IMG/VR virus record: IMGVR_UViG_3300028914_000064
Span: 62,092-126,091 of that record
DNA: 64,000 nt
Strand: one strand, 5' to 3'
Source: a virus
Taxonomy: Duplodnaviria; Caudoviricetes
Shown: piece after piece, positions 11,225 through 20,633 of the stretch
Layout of the letters: every line of letters starts with the position of its first letter
How positions within the stretch are numbered: position 1 is the stretch's first letter
Program-made: the position numbers and the translations under genes
The notes under the pieces: generated by a model
Told to the model about the DNA's origin: nothing
Databases searched by the model: none
The model's input: only the letters and a program-made list of their open reading frames with translations

Positions 11225-12694
11225 TCATACAGAGCCTCCTCTATGATCGTTTTTAATTGTACAATACCCTAGTTCATTCCATTTGTTCCATTGTGCATCC
11301 CATTGATATATAATCTGATTTGAATCTTCATCGTTCCTTGTCTTATTGATAAAGATAACTACATATTTCTTTTCTGGATCTAAAGAAATGTAATCTTTTC
11401 TATTATGTTCTTTATCCCATCTCCAAGCACGACAATCATTTTTTTCTCCTGTATATTCATCGTTCCATAATCTTCTCATCATGATTAGTTCTGATACGAC
11501 TTCTTTTACTTGCTTTGAACCGGCTAAGCAACTTGCATCAAGAAATCGTTGATTAGTCGTATATAAAGCTTGTTGAAAAGTCATAACCATACTTACATCA
11601 AGTTTAGAAACTAAATTGAATACTCTTCTGGAGTTTTTTAGAAGTTGAAGCCATTCTTCCTTTCCGTTTGAGATATCATCATTTTTAAAAGTATCCCAAA
11701 TGAAACATTTATATCCTTTAAGAGCTAATTTTTTCATATACTGCATAAGTATAGTTGTATTATTATCAAAGAGCTTAACAAACTTAATATTATTATATTT
11801 CTTTTGAGATATTTCAGCTGCTTTTTTTATCATTTCCTCTTCTTCTTCGCTGAATTTCCCTATCTTGAGTTTTTTTCTGGTCAGCTTATAATAATTCAGA
11901 TCATGTGTTAGGATATGTATTAAGAGTAAATGTTTATAAGCTTTTGACTTCATTTCATTTGAGAATACAACAACCGGAGTTCCGTTATTTGCAAGTGCAA
12001 TTGCCATATTTTCAAAAGCGAAACTTGTTTTACCTCCACCGGAAGCACCAGAGATTAAATAGCAATCTCCTAAGGGAAGACCTAGAGTAATATAATTTAA
12101 TATTGGACAAGCATTACCATAATATATTCCATTTGAGTCTCCTTTTTTACAGCTTTCTATAAAATCTTCATCAATAACAAGATTTTCTACTTCTACTCCA
12201 TGAGAAGAAGACATTGCAATAGAATTATTCAATGCTTCAAAGATTTCATAAACATCATCATTTGATGCAGCAGAGAGTTGTTCTATTTTATTATTAAAAA
12301 GATCCTCATATTTTTCTGCGATACATACTAGAGAATTCATTTTTGTAATTGAATCATAGTAACTTGCAACGTTATCGCAATCTATAAGTTCTTCCAGGTC
12401 TTTAATGGGTTGATATCCACCATAACGATCATACTTTTTTTTAATTTCCGGTTGGTCAGACAAAAAAGTTTCAAGTGTTATCGCATCAAAATGACGTATT
12501 CCTTGTTCATACATAGCCCGACCAAGATTCCAATAAAACTTGGCATCTTCATTTCTTAGTGTTTTATCTCCATTAATGTTGACATCCTTATATTCAGAAT
12601 ACAGATCAGGATTTCCCCAACATGCAAAGACAAAACAAGCTTCTTTTTTTTCGCGATCTTTATTTATCTTTTTAAGTGTTTCTTTTAAATCCAC
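11225..12694 (-). CDS. Replicative DnaB-like helicase (SPbeta YorI-like)
   Basis: Walker A GASGGGKTS, FSNEM, FIWDTFK (Walker B), FINKTRN arginine-finger region. Confidence 0.88.
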   Translation of the reverse strand: MDLKETLKKINKDREKKEACFVFACWGNPDLYSEYKDVNINGDKTLRNEDAKFYWNLGRAMYEQGIRHFDAITLETFLSDQPEIKKKYDRYGGYQPIKDLEELIDCDNVASYYDSITKMNSLVCIAEKYEDLFNNKIEQLSAASNDDVYEIFEALNNSIAMSSSHGVEVENLVIDEDFIESCKKGDSNGIYYGNACPILNYITLGLPLGDCYLISGASGGGKTSFAFENMAIALANNGTPVVVFSNEMKSKAYKHLLLIHILTHDLNYYKLTRKKLKIGKFSEEEEEMIKKAAEISQKKYNNIKFVKLFDNNTTILMQYMKKLALKGYKCFIWDTFKNDDISNGKEEWLQLLKNSRRVFNLVSKLDVSMVMTFQQALYTTNQRFLDASCLAGSKQVKEVVSELIMMRRLWNDEYTGEKNDCRAWRWDKEHNRKDYISLDPEKKYVVIFINKTRNDEDSNQIIYQWDAQWNKWNELGYCTIKNDHRGGSV

Positions 12695-13189
12695 TTATAT
12701 ATCCCCCAAGATATTGGTAATATGATCTTCTCCTTTGCATATAACTATGCCCACATCTAAATTCTCTGGTGGTATGATCGGATTTTCTTTTTCTGTCTGA
12801 TTGTTATGATTTTGAAATTCTTTAAAAATATCGATGACAGAGTTCTTAAGTATACCTTGGTAATATAGAAGGCGATGAACTTCCGAATCAAATTTTTTAT
12901 TTGCATTGGCCCAAATAAAATTTTTTTTATTTCTTAATATAGTTTCGTAAAGAACGTCATAGCCCATTGCTTTACCTAAGCTATTGATTATCTTATTTAA
13001 AATAGGTGGAACTATAGCATATTCTGCTATTGAACAGATAGTATCAATGCAGAGGTTCCTATATTCTGCATCTTTTTTTACTTTTAGATAGGTTTTTTCA
13101 TCAATATAATACTTTCCATTGGGAGCTTTATAGAAAGTATCTGAAGTACCCCATTCTTTTGTAACCTGACATCTAACTTTTCTTGCCAT
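12695..13189 (-). CDS. YorH-like replication protein (helicase-loader position)
   Basis: Position between AAA ATPase and helicase as in SPbeta; N-terminal MARKVRC motif. Confidence 0.5.
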   Translation of the reverse strand: MARKVRCQVTKEWGTSDTFYKAPNGKYYIDEKTYLKVKKDAEYRNLCIDTICSIAEYAIVPPILNKIINSLGKAMGYDVLYETILRNKKNFIWANANKKFDSEVHRLLYYQGILKNSVIDIFKEFQNHNNQTEKENPIIPPENLDVGIVICKGEDHITNILGDI

Positions 13190-13210
13190 AGAATTCTCCC
13201 ATTATGCATA

Positions 13211-13234
13211 AAGGCGAGAATTTTTTCTCGCCTT
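13211..13234 (-). terminator. Stem-loop AAGGCGAGAA-TTTT-TTCTCGCCTT between AAA ATPase and next gene
   Basis: Perfect 10-bp inverted repeat directly after the stop of 13239-14369. Confidence 0.6.
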
Positions 13235-13238
13235 CGTT

Positions 13239-14369
13239 TCACGCATCAACAAGAAGACTAAGAATATTTTCTAAGCATTTTGTTGGTAATTCTTCCGGAT
13301 TCTTGAAAGAAGATAATCCATTTTCTTTCATATATTTTTTAACTATTTCTTGAACTTCTGTAGTAGCTGATATCATTTCAGATTTGATTTCATAAATAAG
13401 TTCAATGTTTTTTTCGACATTATAATTTTCTCTTTTTTCTTTTATTGCTTTAGAATTCTCAATAGCTTTCTTTTCAGATGCTTTTTCATTTTTTGCATCC
13501 TCTTTTTTCCTTTCAGTTAAAGAAATTCCTGAGCTTTCAACTTCCTTTTTAAGAGCATCTTCAATTGCTTTTATAAAATCATCTGAACTAAAAGGAATCT
13601 CTTCAACAATGTGGGGAAGTCTTCCACCCGCATCAACTACATAACTGGAATCTCTAAATTTAATTTTGCGGACTTCTTCTCTGACAATGTTTTTTGTTAT
13701 ATCTTTACCTTTTATATCTTTTTTGCCGGTCTTTTCAGTTACAATAGTTCTGTCAATATAAGCAACGGCAATAAGATCTATGTTTCTTTTAAGTCTTCCA
13801 AAATATTTTTGTGCGATATCAGAAGTCAGAAGCTGATATGTTCTATCAGAATATGGATCTTGTACTTCTTTATTCTTAATATGCATGATATAGTTTACTT
13901 TAATACCTACATTTTCCAAACGGATAGTCATTTCGTCAAGAAGATCACCTGCCTTATCAAGGCCGCGCTGCCATCCTCCATATATTGCAGAAATACTATC
14001 TTTTTGCTCATCGGGATTATTTTTGTTCCATATCCTTATGGCTTCGATTTCTGCTAAAGCTATCGCACTGTCCCATGTATCTATAATAATTGTCTTAAGA
14101 TCTGGATATGTTTCGATATTTTCCTCTATATCGGTAACAATCTCATCAAATTTGCTCCAAGTTTCCACATTTTCATAATTGATTCCTTCAATATGAGAAG
14201 CACCTTTTTCTCTATACATTTCAAGAAACATATATCCATTTTTGCCGGCAACTTTTTCATATACTTCTTTTAAAAGAGTTGTTTTTCCAACCTTAGGAAC
14301 ACCCATAAGTATGATACTTGTATCAAGCATGTTTAAAGAGACATGATTATGATGACCAAATTTTCCCAT
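13239..14369 (-). CDS. AAA_24/Sak4-like ATPase (SPbeta YorG-like)
   Basis: Walker A GVPKVGKTT, IIIDTWD Walker B, GGWQRG and IMHIK motifs. Confidence 0.82.
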   Translation of the reverse strand: MGKFGHHNHVSLNMLDTSIILMGVPKVGKTTLLKEVYEKVAGKNGYMFLEMYREKGASHIEGINYENVETWSKFDEIVTDIEENIETYPDLKTIIIDTWDSAIALAEIEAIRIWNKNNPDEQKDSISAIYGGWQRGLDKAGDLLDEMTIRLENVGIKVNYIMHIKNKEVQDPYSDRTYQLLTSDIAQKYFGRLKRNIDLIAVAYIDRTIVTEKTGKKDIKGKDITKNIVREEVRKIKFRDSSYVVDAGGRLPHIVEEIPFSSDDFIKAIEDALKKEVESSGISLTERKKEDAKNEKASEKKAIENSKAIKEKRENYNVEKNIELIYEIKSEMISATTEVQEIVKKYMKENGLSSFKNPEELPTKCLENILSLLVDA

Positions 14370-14387
14370 AAATTAATCCACCTTCCC

Positions 14388-15488
14388 TTAATCTCCAAAA
14401 AGATCGTCAATATCATCATCTAGGTCTGTCTTTTTGTTTGCCTCAGTTTCTGGAGGATTCATTACATCCTGGAAACTTTCTATAGCACTTGGACTATATA
14501 TATGACTTTCAAAATCCGGGTCCTCAATAGTCACCATGCCATCAGCATAATTTCCAATAAGATTAAAACCTTTATAATAGAACAATGTCTTTCGCTCTCC
14601 ATAGATGTTACCTTTGGGTTTAAAATCATTGAGTTCAGCAAGTCCTAATTTGATCATCTGCTTTTGATTATCTGTAAGCTGACTTTCATCAAATTCAACT
14701 TCTTCGTTTCCATTTGTATATGAAAGTGTGATACCAATCTGATAGTGTTTATTCTTTTTTAGTTTGCTTGCAATGTCTTTGCTTTCATCTATTGCAAGAC
14801 CAATCTGCTTAAGTTGGAAATTAATCTTTTCAAAATGAATCTCATTATCTAAGTCTGCTTTATGACAATCGAATATAACCTGTTTGGATACATAAACATT
14901 TTTATGATCTTTGTCGATATATTCTTTTGTCCAACCATTAAGATAAATTTTCTTTTCTTTTTTCCAATCAGCAGAATCAACACTCTCTTTACTAAAGAAG
15001 AAATCACCAAAGACTCTTAACTGATTTTTTCTGGTATCATCATCTGCAAGTTCATACATATTTTGAATCTCAAAACGATCAGAGATTTTCCCTCTGTATT
15101 CATTCTTGCGAACTCTTCCGGTGATGGTGAATCTTTTACCTTTAATTTTATCAATGTTGTCTCTTACAAATAAAATAAAATCATATGATGATAAGAATTC
15201 ATGACGTTCTTTATCAGTAAAAGATATAACATATTTATTTGTTGCAATTTTTAGGTGTTCTTCTTTGAAACGATCTTCCCAATCAATTTCATGTTCATTT
15301 TGATCGAAGTCATAAAATTTAATCTGATCGTATTTAAATCCGGGTAATTCTAAGAAAGCACGATTATTTGATGCTGCGATACATATTAGATTAAGAGTAT
15401 GACCATCATAGCCATCAATCTTTTTAAAGAATGGAACTTTTTTGTCTAGACTATTTGCTTCAATTTCTCCGATAAAATTGAATCTCAT
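14388..15488 (-). CDS. Single-stranded DNA-binding-like protein (YorF-like); likely start MRFNFIG at 15488
   Basis: Acidic C-terminal tail DLDDDIDDLFGD; AGGAG RBS upstream of 15488; position before AAA ATPase. Confidence 0.6.
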   Translation of the reverse strand: MRFNFIGEIEANSLDKKVPFFKKIDGYDGHTLNLICIAASNNRAFLELPGFKYDQIKFYDFDQNEHEIDWEDRFKEEHLKIATNKYVISFTDKERHEFLSSYDFILFVRDNIDKIKGKRFTITGRVRKNEYRGKISDRFEIQNMYELADDDTRKNQLRVFGDFFFSKESVDSADWKKEKKIYLNGWTKEYIDKDHKNVYVSKQVIFDCHKADLDNEIHFEKINFQLKQIGLAIDESKDIASKLKKNKHYQIGITLSYTNGNEEVEFDESQLTDNQKQMIKLGLAELNDFKPKGNIYGERKTLFYYKGFNLIGNYADGMVTIEDPDFESHIYSPSAIESFQDVMNPPETEANKKTDLDDDIDDLFGD

Positions 15489-15507
15489 ATACCTGATCTC
15501 CTTTAAA

Positions 15508-15717
15508 TCATTCTTTTCCATTGTGTGTATGTTTACTTGCCATACATGCAAGATAATGGATATCTTTTGTTGGCGAAATTCCTTTGCTTCCACAAAAAGG
15601 GCATTGATGCTCTTCTACTTCGGAATTATAAAGTTTTCGCTTAACTATGATCGTTTCGTTCCAATAGAATTGAGATTTACATCTTGAGCAGATGCATTTA
15701 ATCTTGCTATCGTCCAT
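15508..15717 (-). CDS. Small zinc-ribbon protein, first gene of replication operon
   Basis: CSRC...CPFCG; AGGAG RBS. Confidence 0.7.
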   Translation of the reverse strand: MDDSKIKCICSRCKSQFYWNETIIVKRKLYNSEVEEHQCPFCGSKGISPTKDIHYLACMASKHTHNGKE

Positions 15718-15747
15718 ACATCAACTCCTTTTTCTTGTGTTGTTCTA

Positions 15748-15777
15748 ATTATAACTTTGCATAAATCCCAATGTCAA
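15748..15777 (-). promoter_or_regulatory. Consensus sigma-A promoter for replication operon
   Basis: TTGACA (15777-15772), 18-nt spacer, TATAAT (15753-15748) on minus strand. Confidence 0.8.
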
Positions 15778-15828
15778 TGTTTAATTTTAACAATCAGAAT
15801 GACTAAATGACTTTCGGTATGAAGAAAG

Positions 15829-16104
15829 TCAAATTTGTTCAAATAGATAATAAGAACCATCCACCAAATCTAGGCGAATGCTATTATCGTTTGCTTTGAT
15901 CGATTGTATATTTGATTTTTTTATCAACAAGAAACTATCGTCTTCATATAAGATTTCTAGATTTTTATCGTAATTCGAGCAAATACCAACTGTTTTGGAT
16001 TCCCCCATCCTAACAGTTCCCATAGATTCATCAACTTCTATAACAGTTACATTTTCCATTTCGTATAAGCGTTTTAGAAACTCTGTTATATCAAGAGATT
16101 TCAT
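15829..16104 (-). CDS. Hypothetical protein downstream of repressor module
   Basis: 91-aa ORF with GAGGGGG RBS. Confidence 0.7.
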   Translation of the reverse strand: MKSLDITEFLKRLYEMENVTVIEVDESMGTVRMGESKTVGICSNYDKNLEILYEDDSFLLIKKSNIQSIKANDNSIRLDLVDGSYYLFEQI

Positions 16105-16140
16105 TTTTGTATTAACCCCCTCTATTGTAAAGGCGACCGC

Positions 16141-17064
16141 TTATTTACAATATTCCCCATATTTCATAAGCCATTTAGGAATAGAAGGAATCGGACCATA
16201 CTTAATTTCCATTTCAGCTTTGTAGTCTCTCAAAACCTGCTCAGCACTTATCTCATATTTCTTCATATGTGTAATTATCCAATCAATTCTTCCTGATTCG
16301 AATAGTGAAGTAATAGAGATAGTTTTTGGCACAAAATCATATCGTTTTGATTTGCGCATAATTCTGTATATAATATTTACTCTTTCTGAAGTATCGGTCT
16401 CGAATCCAACCTCTTTAGAACATTTAATAATACGGTCGTCTGCATCTAAGAGTTTGCCTCGTGATACAGGCTCTCCATAGATGTTGTACATCTGATATTC
16501 ATTAGATGACTGTTCGGCATAATGAATAAGTTTGGAACTTACAGAAATTACCCTGCCAGATAATTGTAGCATTTTTTTGTCCAAAATAAAATCAGAAACT
16601 TTTAAATCAAAGAAATCAGACATTTGTTCTCCCTTGATTCCTTCAAATATACCTAAGTATAAAAATTGTTCATAAGGATTTGCGAAATCAACAATCATAG
16701 AAAGTAACTGGTTTCTTGAAAGAATATTGCTATTAAATCCGGCATATGAGACACAATTTAATAAAATATCAGATCTCATTTCCCTATAGTGATTTTGATT
16801 ATCTATATTGTCTATGTTTTTCATGTACCAATTTGTGTAATTTAAGAACTGATTGTTTATCACTATCAACATATCTAGTGATGCAGTGCAAAAACTCTTA
16901 TACATTGCTATTATTTCCGGAGTAGTAAATTGGCTAAGATCCTTTTTAAACCTGGATTCCGTTTCCTCCGCCCTGTTGAAATAATTTGTCATTACTTTAT
17001 CAAAATTTAAATTATTATTAGGATTCAATTCTATGTAATCCTTCTTCGTTAAGGCGTTAAACAT
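16141..17064 (-). CDS. mrpR: MrpR/YopR-like master repressor (degenerate tyrosine-recombinase fold)
   Basis: AEETESRFKKDLSQFT N-terminus, NPYEQFLYLGIFEGIKG, SITSLFESGRI. No intact HxxR/Y catalytic set. Third gene of the yopP-yopQ-yopR-like trio. Confidence 0.7.
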   Translation of the reverse strand: MFNALTKKDYIELNPNNNLNFDKVMTNYFNRAEETESRFKKDLSQFTTPEIIAMYKSFCTASLDMLIVINNQFLNYTNWYMKNIDNIDNQNHYREMRSDILLNCVSYAGFNSNILSRNQLLSMIVDFANPYEQFLYLGIFEGIKGEQMSDFFDLKVSDFILDKKMLQLSGRVISVSSKLIHYAEQSSNEYQMYNIYGEPVSRGKLLDADDRIIKCSKEVGFETDTSERVNIIYRIMRKSKRYDFVPKTISITSLFESGRIDWIITHMKKYEISAEQVLRDYKAEMEIKYGPIPSIPKWLMKYGEYCK

Positions 17065-17065
17065 C

Positions 17066-18289
17066 TTAGTTTTCTCCTCTTTTTATTGTAGCAAGACGTT
17101 TCATATCTATTTGTTTGATTTCTCTTGTTGCAAACATCTTTTTATTAATTGCTAATTTTTCCATACGAATAGTTTCATCATATAAATTTTTATATGATTC
17201 ACCAACATATATGTTATAGATTAATGTATATAAAAAGAATCTATTCCATGTTTTATTCATAAGTTCAGTATGATTTTCAACAAGATAATTTATTCCATCT
17301 CTAATGTCTTGTTCTGCCTTGATAATATCTTGGATTTCTTTTTGCTTTGATGTAATATTTGTTCTCTGAAAATAAGTTGCTCGAATAATTTCAGCAAGTT
17401 CGGATTTATTAATGCATCCTCCATTTGAATTAATCGAGCCGACAAGATAAAACGTCGAATCTGTATTTAATCTTTGAACCACCTTATTTGCCGAAGATTG
17501 CAAGTTAAGACTATTTGAATCAACTTTTGCCATCTTAGTCTTTTGGTCTTCTTGCCAAATCATTTGGCGGCATTTGTCTTCAGAATAATTTGTAACACAT
17601 AAAATCATTGGATAATCAAAATCTGGATTTAAATTATAACAATTAGACATGGCAATATATCTATGATATCCATCTGTGATATCAAAATGATTCATTTTCT
17701 TTATTGTTAGTATCCCGGAATTTTGATCGTATTTAAAGACAGTATCTTCTGGCATGTTAAGAGTGATTGTATTTGGAATGTATGTTCCATTTAAATATAA
17801 CTGTTCGATACTTTTGATCGCTTTTATATTTAAATGGATACTATAAAATTCTTCATTTCCTTTTTCTAACCGTTTCATTACTCTTTGAGTATTTTCATTA
17901 TAATTGATTATTTGAGAATCTCTTAATTTCATCAATTCTGAAACACTGGTTGCACCTATCCATTGATCTTCAGCAATTTGTTTCATGTTTAGTTCTAAAG
18001 GAAATTTAAATTTGATTGTTTCTTGTTTCCATTTTGAAAGAGTTTTTATTTCACTCTTGGAATAATATTTTTCTAAATCAATATCAAATACTTCACCTAT
18101 TGCAAATGCAATTTTATCATCAACTGCTGCAATTTTTATTCTTTGATTCAACAAATCAATAATATGTTCATTTGGAATATCATGTTTTTTACTAATTCTT
18201 TTAGAATATGATATAACTTTCTTTTTATCACAAGCAATTAATGAAATCTTTGCAGATAATTCTTTATTATATTTTTCACGGTTGTTCAC
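17066..18289 (-). CDS. DGQHR/DndB-like (ParB-fold) protein, SPbeta YopQ-like; likely GTG start at 18289
   Basis: INYNENTQR, YIPNTITLN, FDITDGYHR motifs; AGGAGG RBS upstream of the GTG. Confidence 0.78.
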   Translation of the reverse strand: MNNREKYNKELSAKISLIACDKKKVISYSKRISKKHDIPNEHIIDLLNQRIKIAAVDDKIAFAIGEVFDIDLEKYYSKSEIKTLSKWKQETIKFKFPLELNMKQIAEDQWIGATSVSELMKLRDSQIINYNENTQRVMKRLEKGNEEFYSIHLNIKAIKSIEQLYLNGTYIPNTITLNMPEDTVFKYDQNSGILTIKKMNHFDITDGYHRYIAMSNCYNLNPDFDYPMILCVTNYSEDKCRQMIWQEDQKTKMAKVDSNSLNLQSSANKVVQRLNTDSTFYLVGSINSNGGCINKSELAEIIRATYFQRTNITSKQKEIQDIIKAEQDIRDGINYLVENHTELMNKTWNRFFLYTLIYNIYVGESYKNLYDETIRMEKLAINKKMFATREIKQIDMKRLATIKRGEN

Positions 18290-18310
18290 TTCTATTAACC
18301 TCCTACACAT

Positions 18311-18338
18311 ATTTTATCTAAAAAATTTTTTTTTGCAA
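18311..18338 (-). promoter_or_regulatory. Candidate internal sigma-A promoter for DndB-like and MrpR-like genes
   Basis: TTGCAA, 16-nt spacer, TAAAAT just upstream of the RBS. Confidence 0.5.
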
Positions 18339-18347
18339 TAATTTTAA

Positions 18348-19334
18348 TCATAGCTCTAAAAGTTGTGCTGCTTTGTCTCTTTCATTATTTTCCGTTGTGA
18401 TATAACGCTGTGTTGTTTCTGCTTTTTCATGATCTAACGCACGTCTTACAAATTCAATATCACCTGTCTGTTCATATAATATACTTGCAACTCCTCCTCT
18501 TATCTTGTGAGGGCTCACATGCTTTCCAAGTGCTTCTAAGAAATATTTGTCAACAACTCTTGAGATTCCTTTACAACTAAGACGTTCTCCTTGATAGTTT
18601 AAGAATAGAGCATCACAAGGATATTTTTCAAAATACTTTCTATATTTTATCCATTTCTCTAATGTTTCTACTGTGCTATCGGTCAATGGATAAATCTGAA
18701 ATTTTCCACCTTTACCTTTATCAATTGTTACTAAGGTTTTATTTTCAAAATCGATATCACTAATATTAATAATTCTCAAAGCAGTCTCTCTCATTCCGGT
18801 TTCCATAAGTATCTTTAATATAAGAGAATTCCTATATCTATAAACTGGATCTGGTTCCATATATGCTTTATTGAGGACTAACTTAAAATCTTTCTTCTCA
18901 AGTTTTATCCTTTCCTTTTTAATTCTTTCCAGGTCATGACTCTTAGGTCTATCTATATCTATCATATAGTTCCTTTCTATATAATTTCTGATAGTAAGGA
19001 ACCCAAGGAAATTTTTTAAAGCTGCATATATATTTTGTTGATAGGAACCGGATGTCTCTTTTACTGTTCCATCCATCAAAGTTTTTGTTCCAATTGAGAT
19101 ATAATATTTTGTTACTGATTGGGCATTGATTTCAGAACAATCAACTTCTTTTACATTGCTATTTATTGAAGAAAGAAATTTCCCTATCTTTCTAACAAAA
19201 TCTCGTCTTGTTGAAGCAGTCTTCTTTGATGCATATAAATTATCATGCCATTCTATAACATAGGATGGCATGTTGTTTAATAAGTTATCTATACTTTTGG
19301 TTATCTGTAATTCATTTTCTAATCTTGCTGGCAT
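18348..19334 (-). CDS. Tyrosine recombinase (SPbeta YopP-like position)
   Basis: ETGMRETAL, SPHKIR, LDHEKAETTQRY: complete R-H-R-H-Y catalytic set. Confidence 0.9.
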   Translation of the reverse strand: MPARLENELQITKSIDNLLNNMPSYVIEWHDNLYASKKTASTRRDFVRKIGKFLSSINSNVKEVDCSEINAQSVTKYYISIGTKTLMDGTVKETSGSYQQNIYAALKNFLGFLTIRNYIERNYMIDIDRPKSHDLERIKKERIKLEKKDFKLVLNKAYMEPDPVYRYRNSLILKILMETGMRETALRIINISDIDFENKTLVTIDKGKGGKFQIYPLTDSTVETLEKWIKYRKYFEKYPCDALFLNYQGERLSCKGISRVVDKYFLEALGKHVSPHKIRGGVASILYEQTGDIEFVRRALDHEKAETTQRYITTENNERDKAAQLLEL

Positions 19335-19338
19335 AAAA

Positions 19339-19821
19339 TCATTCCTCCATTTGATCAAAATACATTGGAGAATCCATTGTATATGTAATATATCCTTCAG
19401 CTGTAAATATATAACTATTAATGAATTCTGTTTCCAATAAGATGCTAATTCCTTTCATAATACTTACTATAGAAATATCTGACTCACTGAATAATAAAGC
19501 TCCATCTGGATGATTATGCATGATTAAAAATTTTCGAGCTCCAGATAGAAGAACAGCAGTGGCTATATTTCTAGGATATACTTCGCAACCTTTGAAATCT
19601 CCTACCGAAATTAAAAAGACTCCTATTATGTTGTCATAATAATCTGTTGTTATAAGATATACATGTTCATTATCATATTTGTTTAGCTTAATATCTTCAT
19701 TAACAAAGTTTATAAATTCAATAGTTTCTTTAATATCAATTTCTTTTCTAAAAGTTTTCTTTATTAGTAATTTTGGACATTTATATTTTTCGTTTCTTCC
19801 AATATCGTATAAGCGTATCAT
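19339..19821 (-). CDS. RadC-like JAB domain protein
   Basis: EHVYLI...VYPRNI...MHNHPDG...SESD JAB motif. Confidence 0.85.
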   Translation of the reverse strand: MIRLYDIGRNEKYKCPKLLIKKTFRKEIDIKETIEFINFVNEDIKLNKYDNEHVYLITTDYYDNIIGVFLISVGDFKGCEVYPRNIATAVLLSGARKFLIMHNHPDGALLFSESDISIVSIMKGISILLETEFINSYIFTAEGYITYTMDSPMYFDQMEE

Positions 19822-19827
19822 ATCATT

Positions 19828-20457
19828 TTATCCTTCATAATCTATTTTTGAATCTCCTATCAAAGTTGGATCATGGCGTTTCCAAAAAGATTCTGTTTTT
19901 GCTTTGTCAATTTTATCTTGGAATTCTTTTACTGCTTTAATTTCTTCTTCCTTTTTATACAAGTTCCATTCCAATAAATTTGAGATATGTTTATCTGTAA
20001 ATCGAACAACCTTATCATCATCTACTCTTACATAAAACGCATGGCCATTTTCATCCAATCGTACAATATATAAATCTCCAGTATGTAAGTCTTTATATCT
20101 ACGGCCTCTTTTTGTTCCATCACCATAAATTATGTTTGGTGGTTCCGGTTCATAATATATCGCAGTTCTTTGTTTTGGATTGTCTTTTAATTTTTCATAT
20201 TCCATTTCTCGTTGTCTTTGAGAAAGGTTTACATCTTGAATATCTTTTCCACATAACCATTTATCATAATTCGAATCACAATATACAAATCTAGCTTTAC
20301 CAGTATCCATATCAACAAGATTTCCATTATAACATACATATGTATTAGATACCTCATCGTATGTTCTTTCCCTATTTCTAATATTTTGCTTTAAATTATG
20401 AACAAAGGTATATGTGCTATAACATAAGATGTAAACAAGGAAAAAAGCTCCAAACAT
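19828..20457 (-). CDS. Membrane-anchored hypothetical protein; likely start MFGAFF at 20457
   Basis: GGAGG RBS and N-terminal hydrophobic segment. Confidence 0.6.
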   Translation of the reverse strand: MFGAFFLVYILCYSTYTFVHNLKQNIRNRERTYDEVSNTYVCYNGNLVDMDTGKARFVYCDSNYDKWLCGKDIQDVNLSQRQREMEYEKLKDNPKQRTAIYYEPEPPNIIYGDGTKRGRRYKDLHTGDLYIVRLDENGHAFYVRVDDDKVVRFTDKHISNLLEWNLYKKEEEIKAVKEFQDKIDKAKTESFWKRHDPTLIGDSKIDYEG

Positions 20458-20459
20458 TT

Positions 20460-20633
20460 TTACACCTCCAATCCGTACTCCTTTATCAATCTCTTTGCAA
20501 ACATTGGATTGAATTTTTTGATTGGAAAACTTATATGTCTTCCGTTTTTGTACCAAATACGATGGTCTCCAGATTGATGATCATATGTCCAACCATTCTT
20601 CTTTAATATTTTTTCAAAATCTCTTTTTAGCAT
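20460..20633 (-). CDS. hicA: HicA-family mRNA interferase-like protein (57 aa, not in ORF track)
   Basis: MLKRDFEKILKKNGWTYDHQSGDHRIWYKNGRHISFPIKKFNPMFAKRLIKEYGLEV; GGAGG RBS. Confidence 0.72.
   Translation of the reverse strand: MLKRDFEKILKKNGWTYDHQSGDHRIWYKNGRHISFPIKKFNPMFAKRLIKEYGLEV

Larger units (their letters stand above)
1521..11228 (-). other. Array of ~30 short phage accessory ORFs (zinc-ribbon and hypothetical proteins)
   Basis: Tightly packed, often overlapping minus-strand ORFs with AGGAG RBSs. CxxC...CPxCG zinc ribbons at 1712-2161, 2322-2645 and 10875-11228. Confidence 0.85.

Noticed and set aside
17066-18310. Phosphorothioation (dnd) system
   Set aside because: Only a DndB-like domain; no dndACDE; context matches the SPbeta repressor operon
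18348-19358. Prophage integrase marking an att boundary
   Set aside because: Phage genes continue on both sides; no att/tRNA junction seen; position matches the internal yopP-like gene
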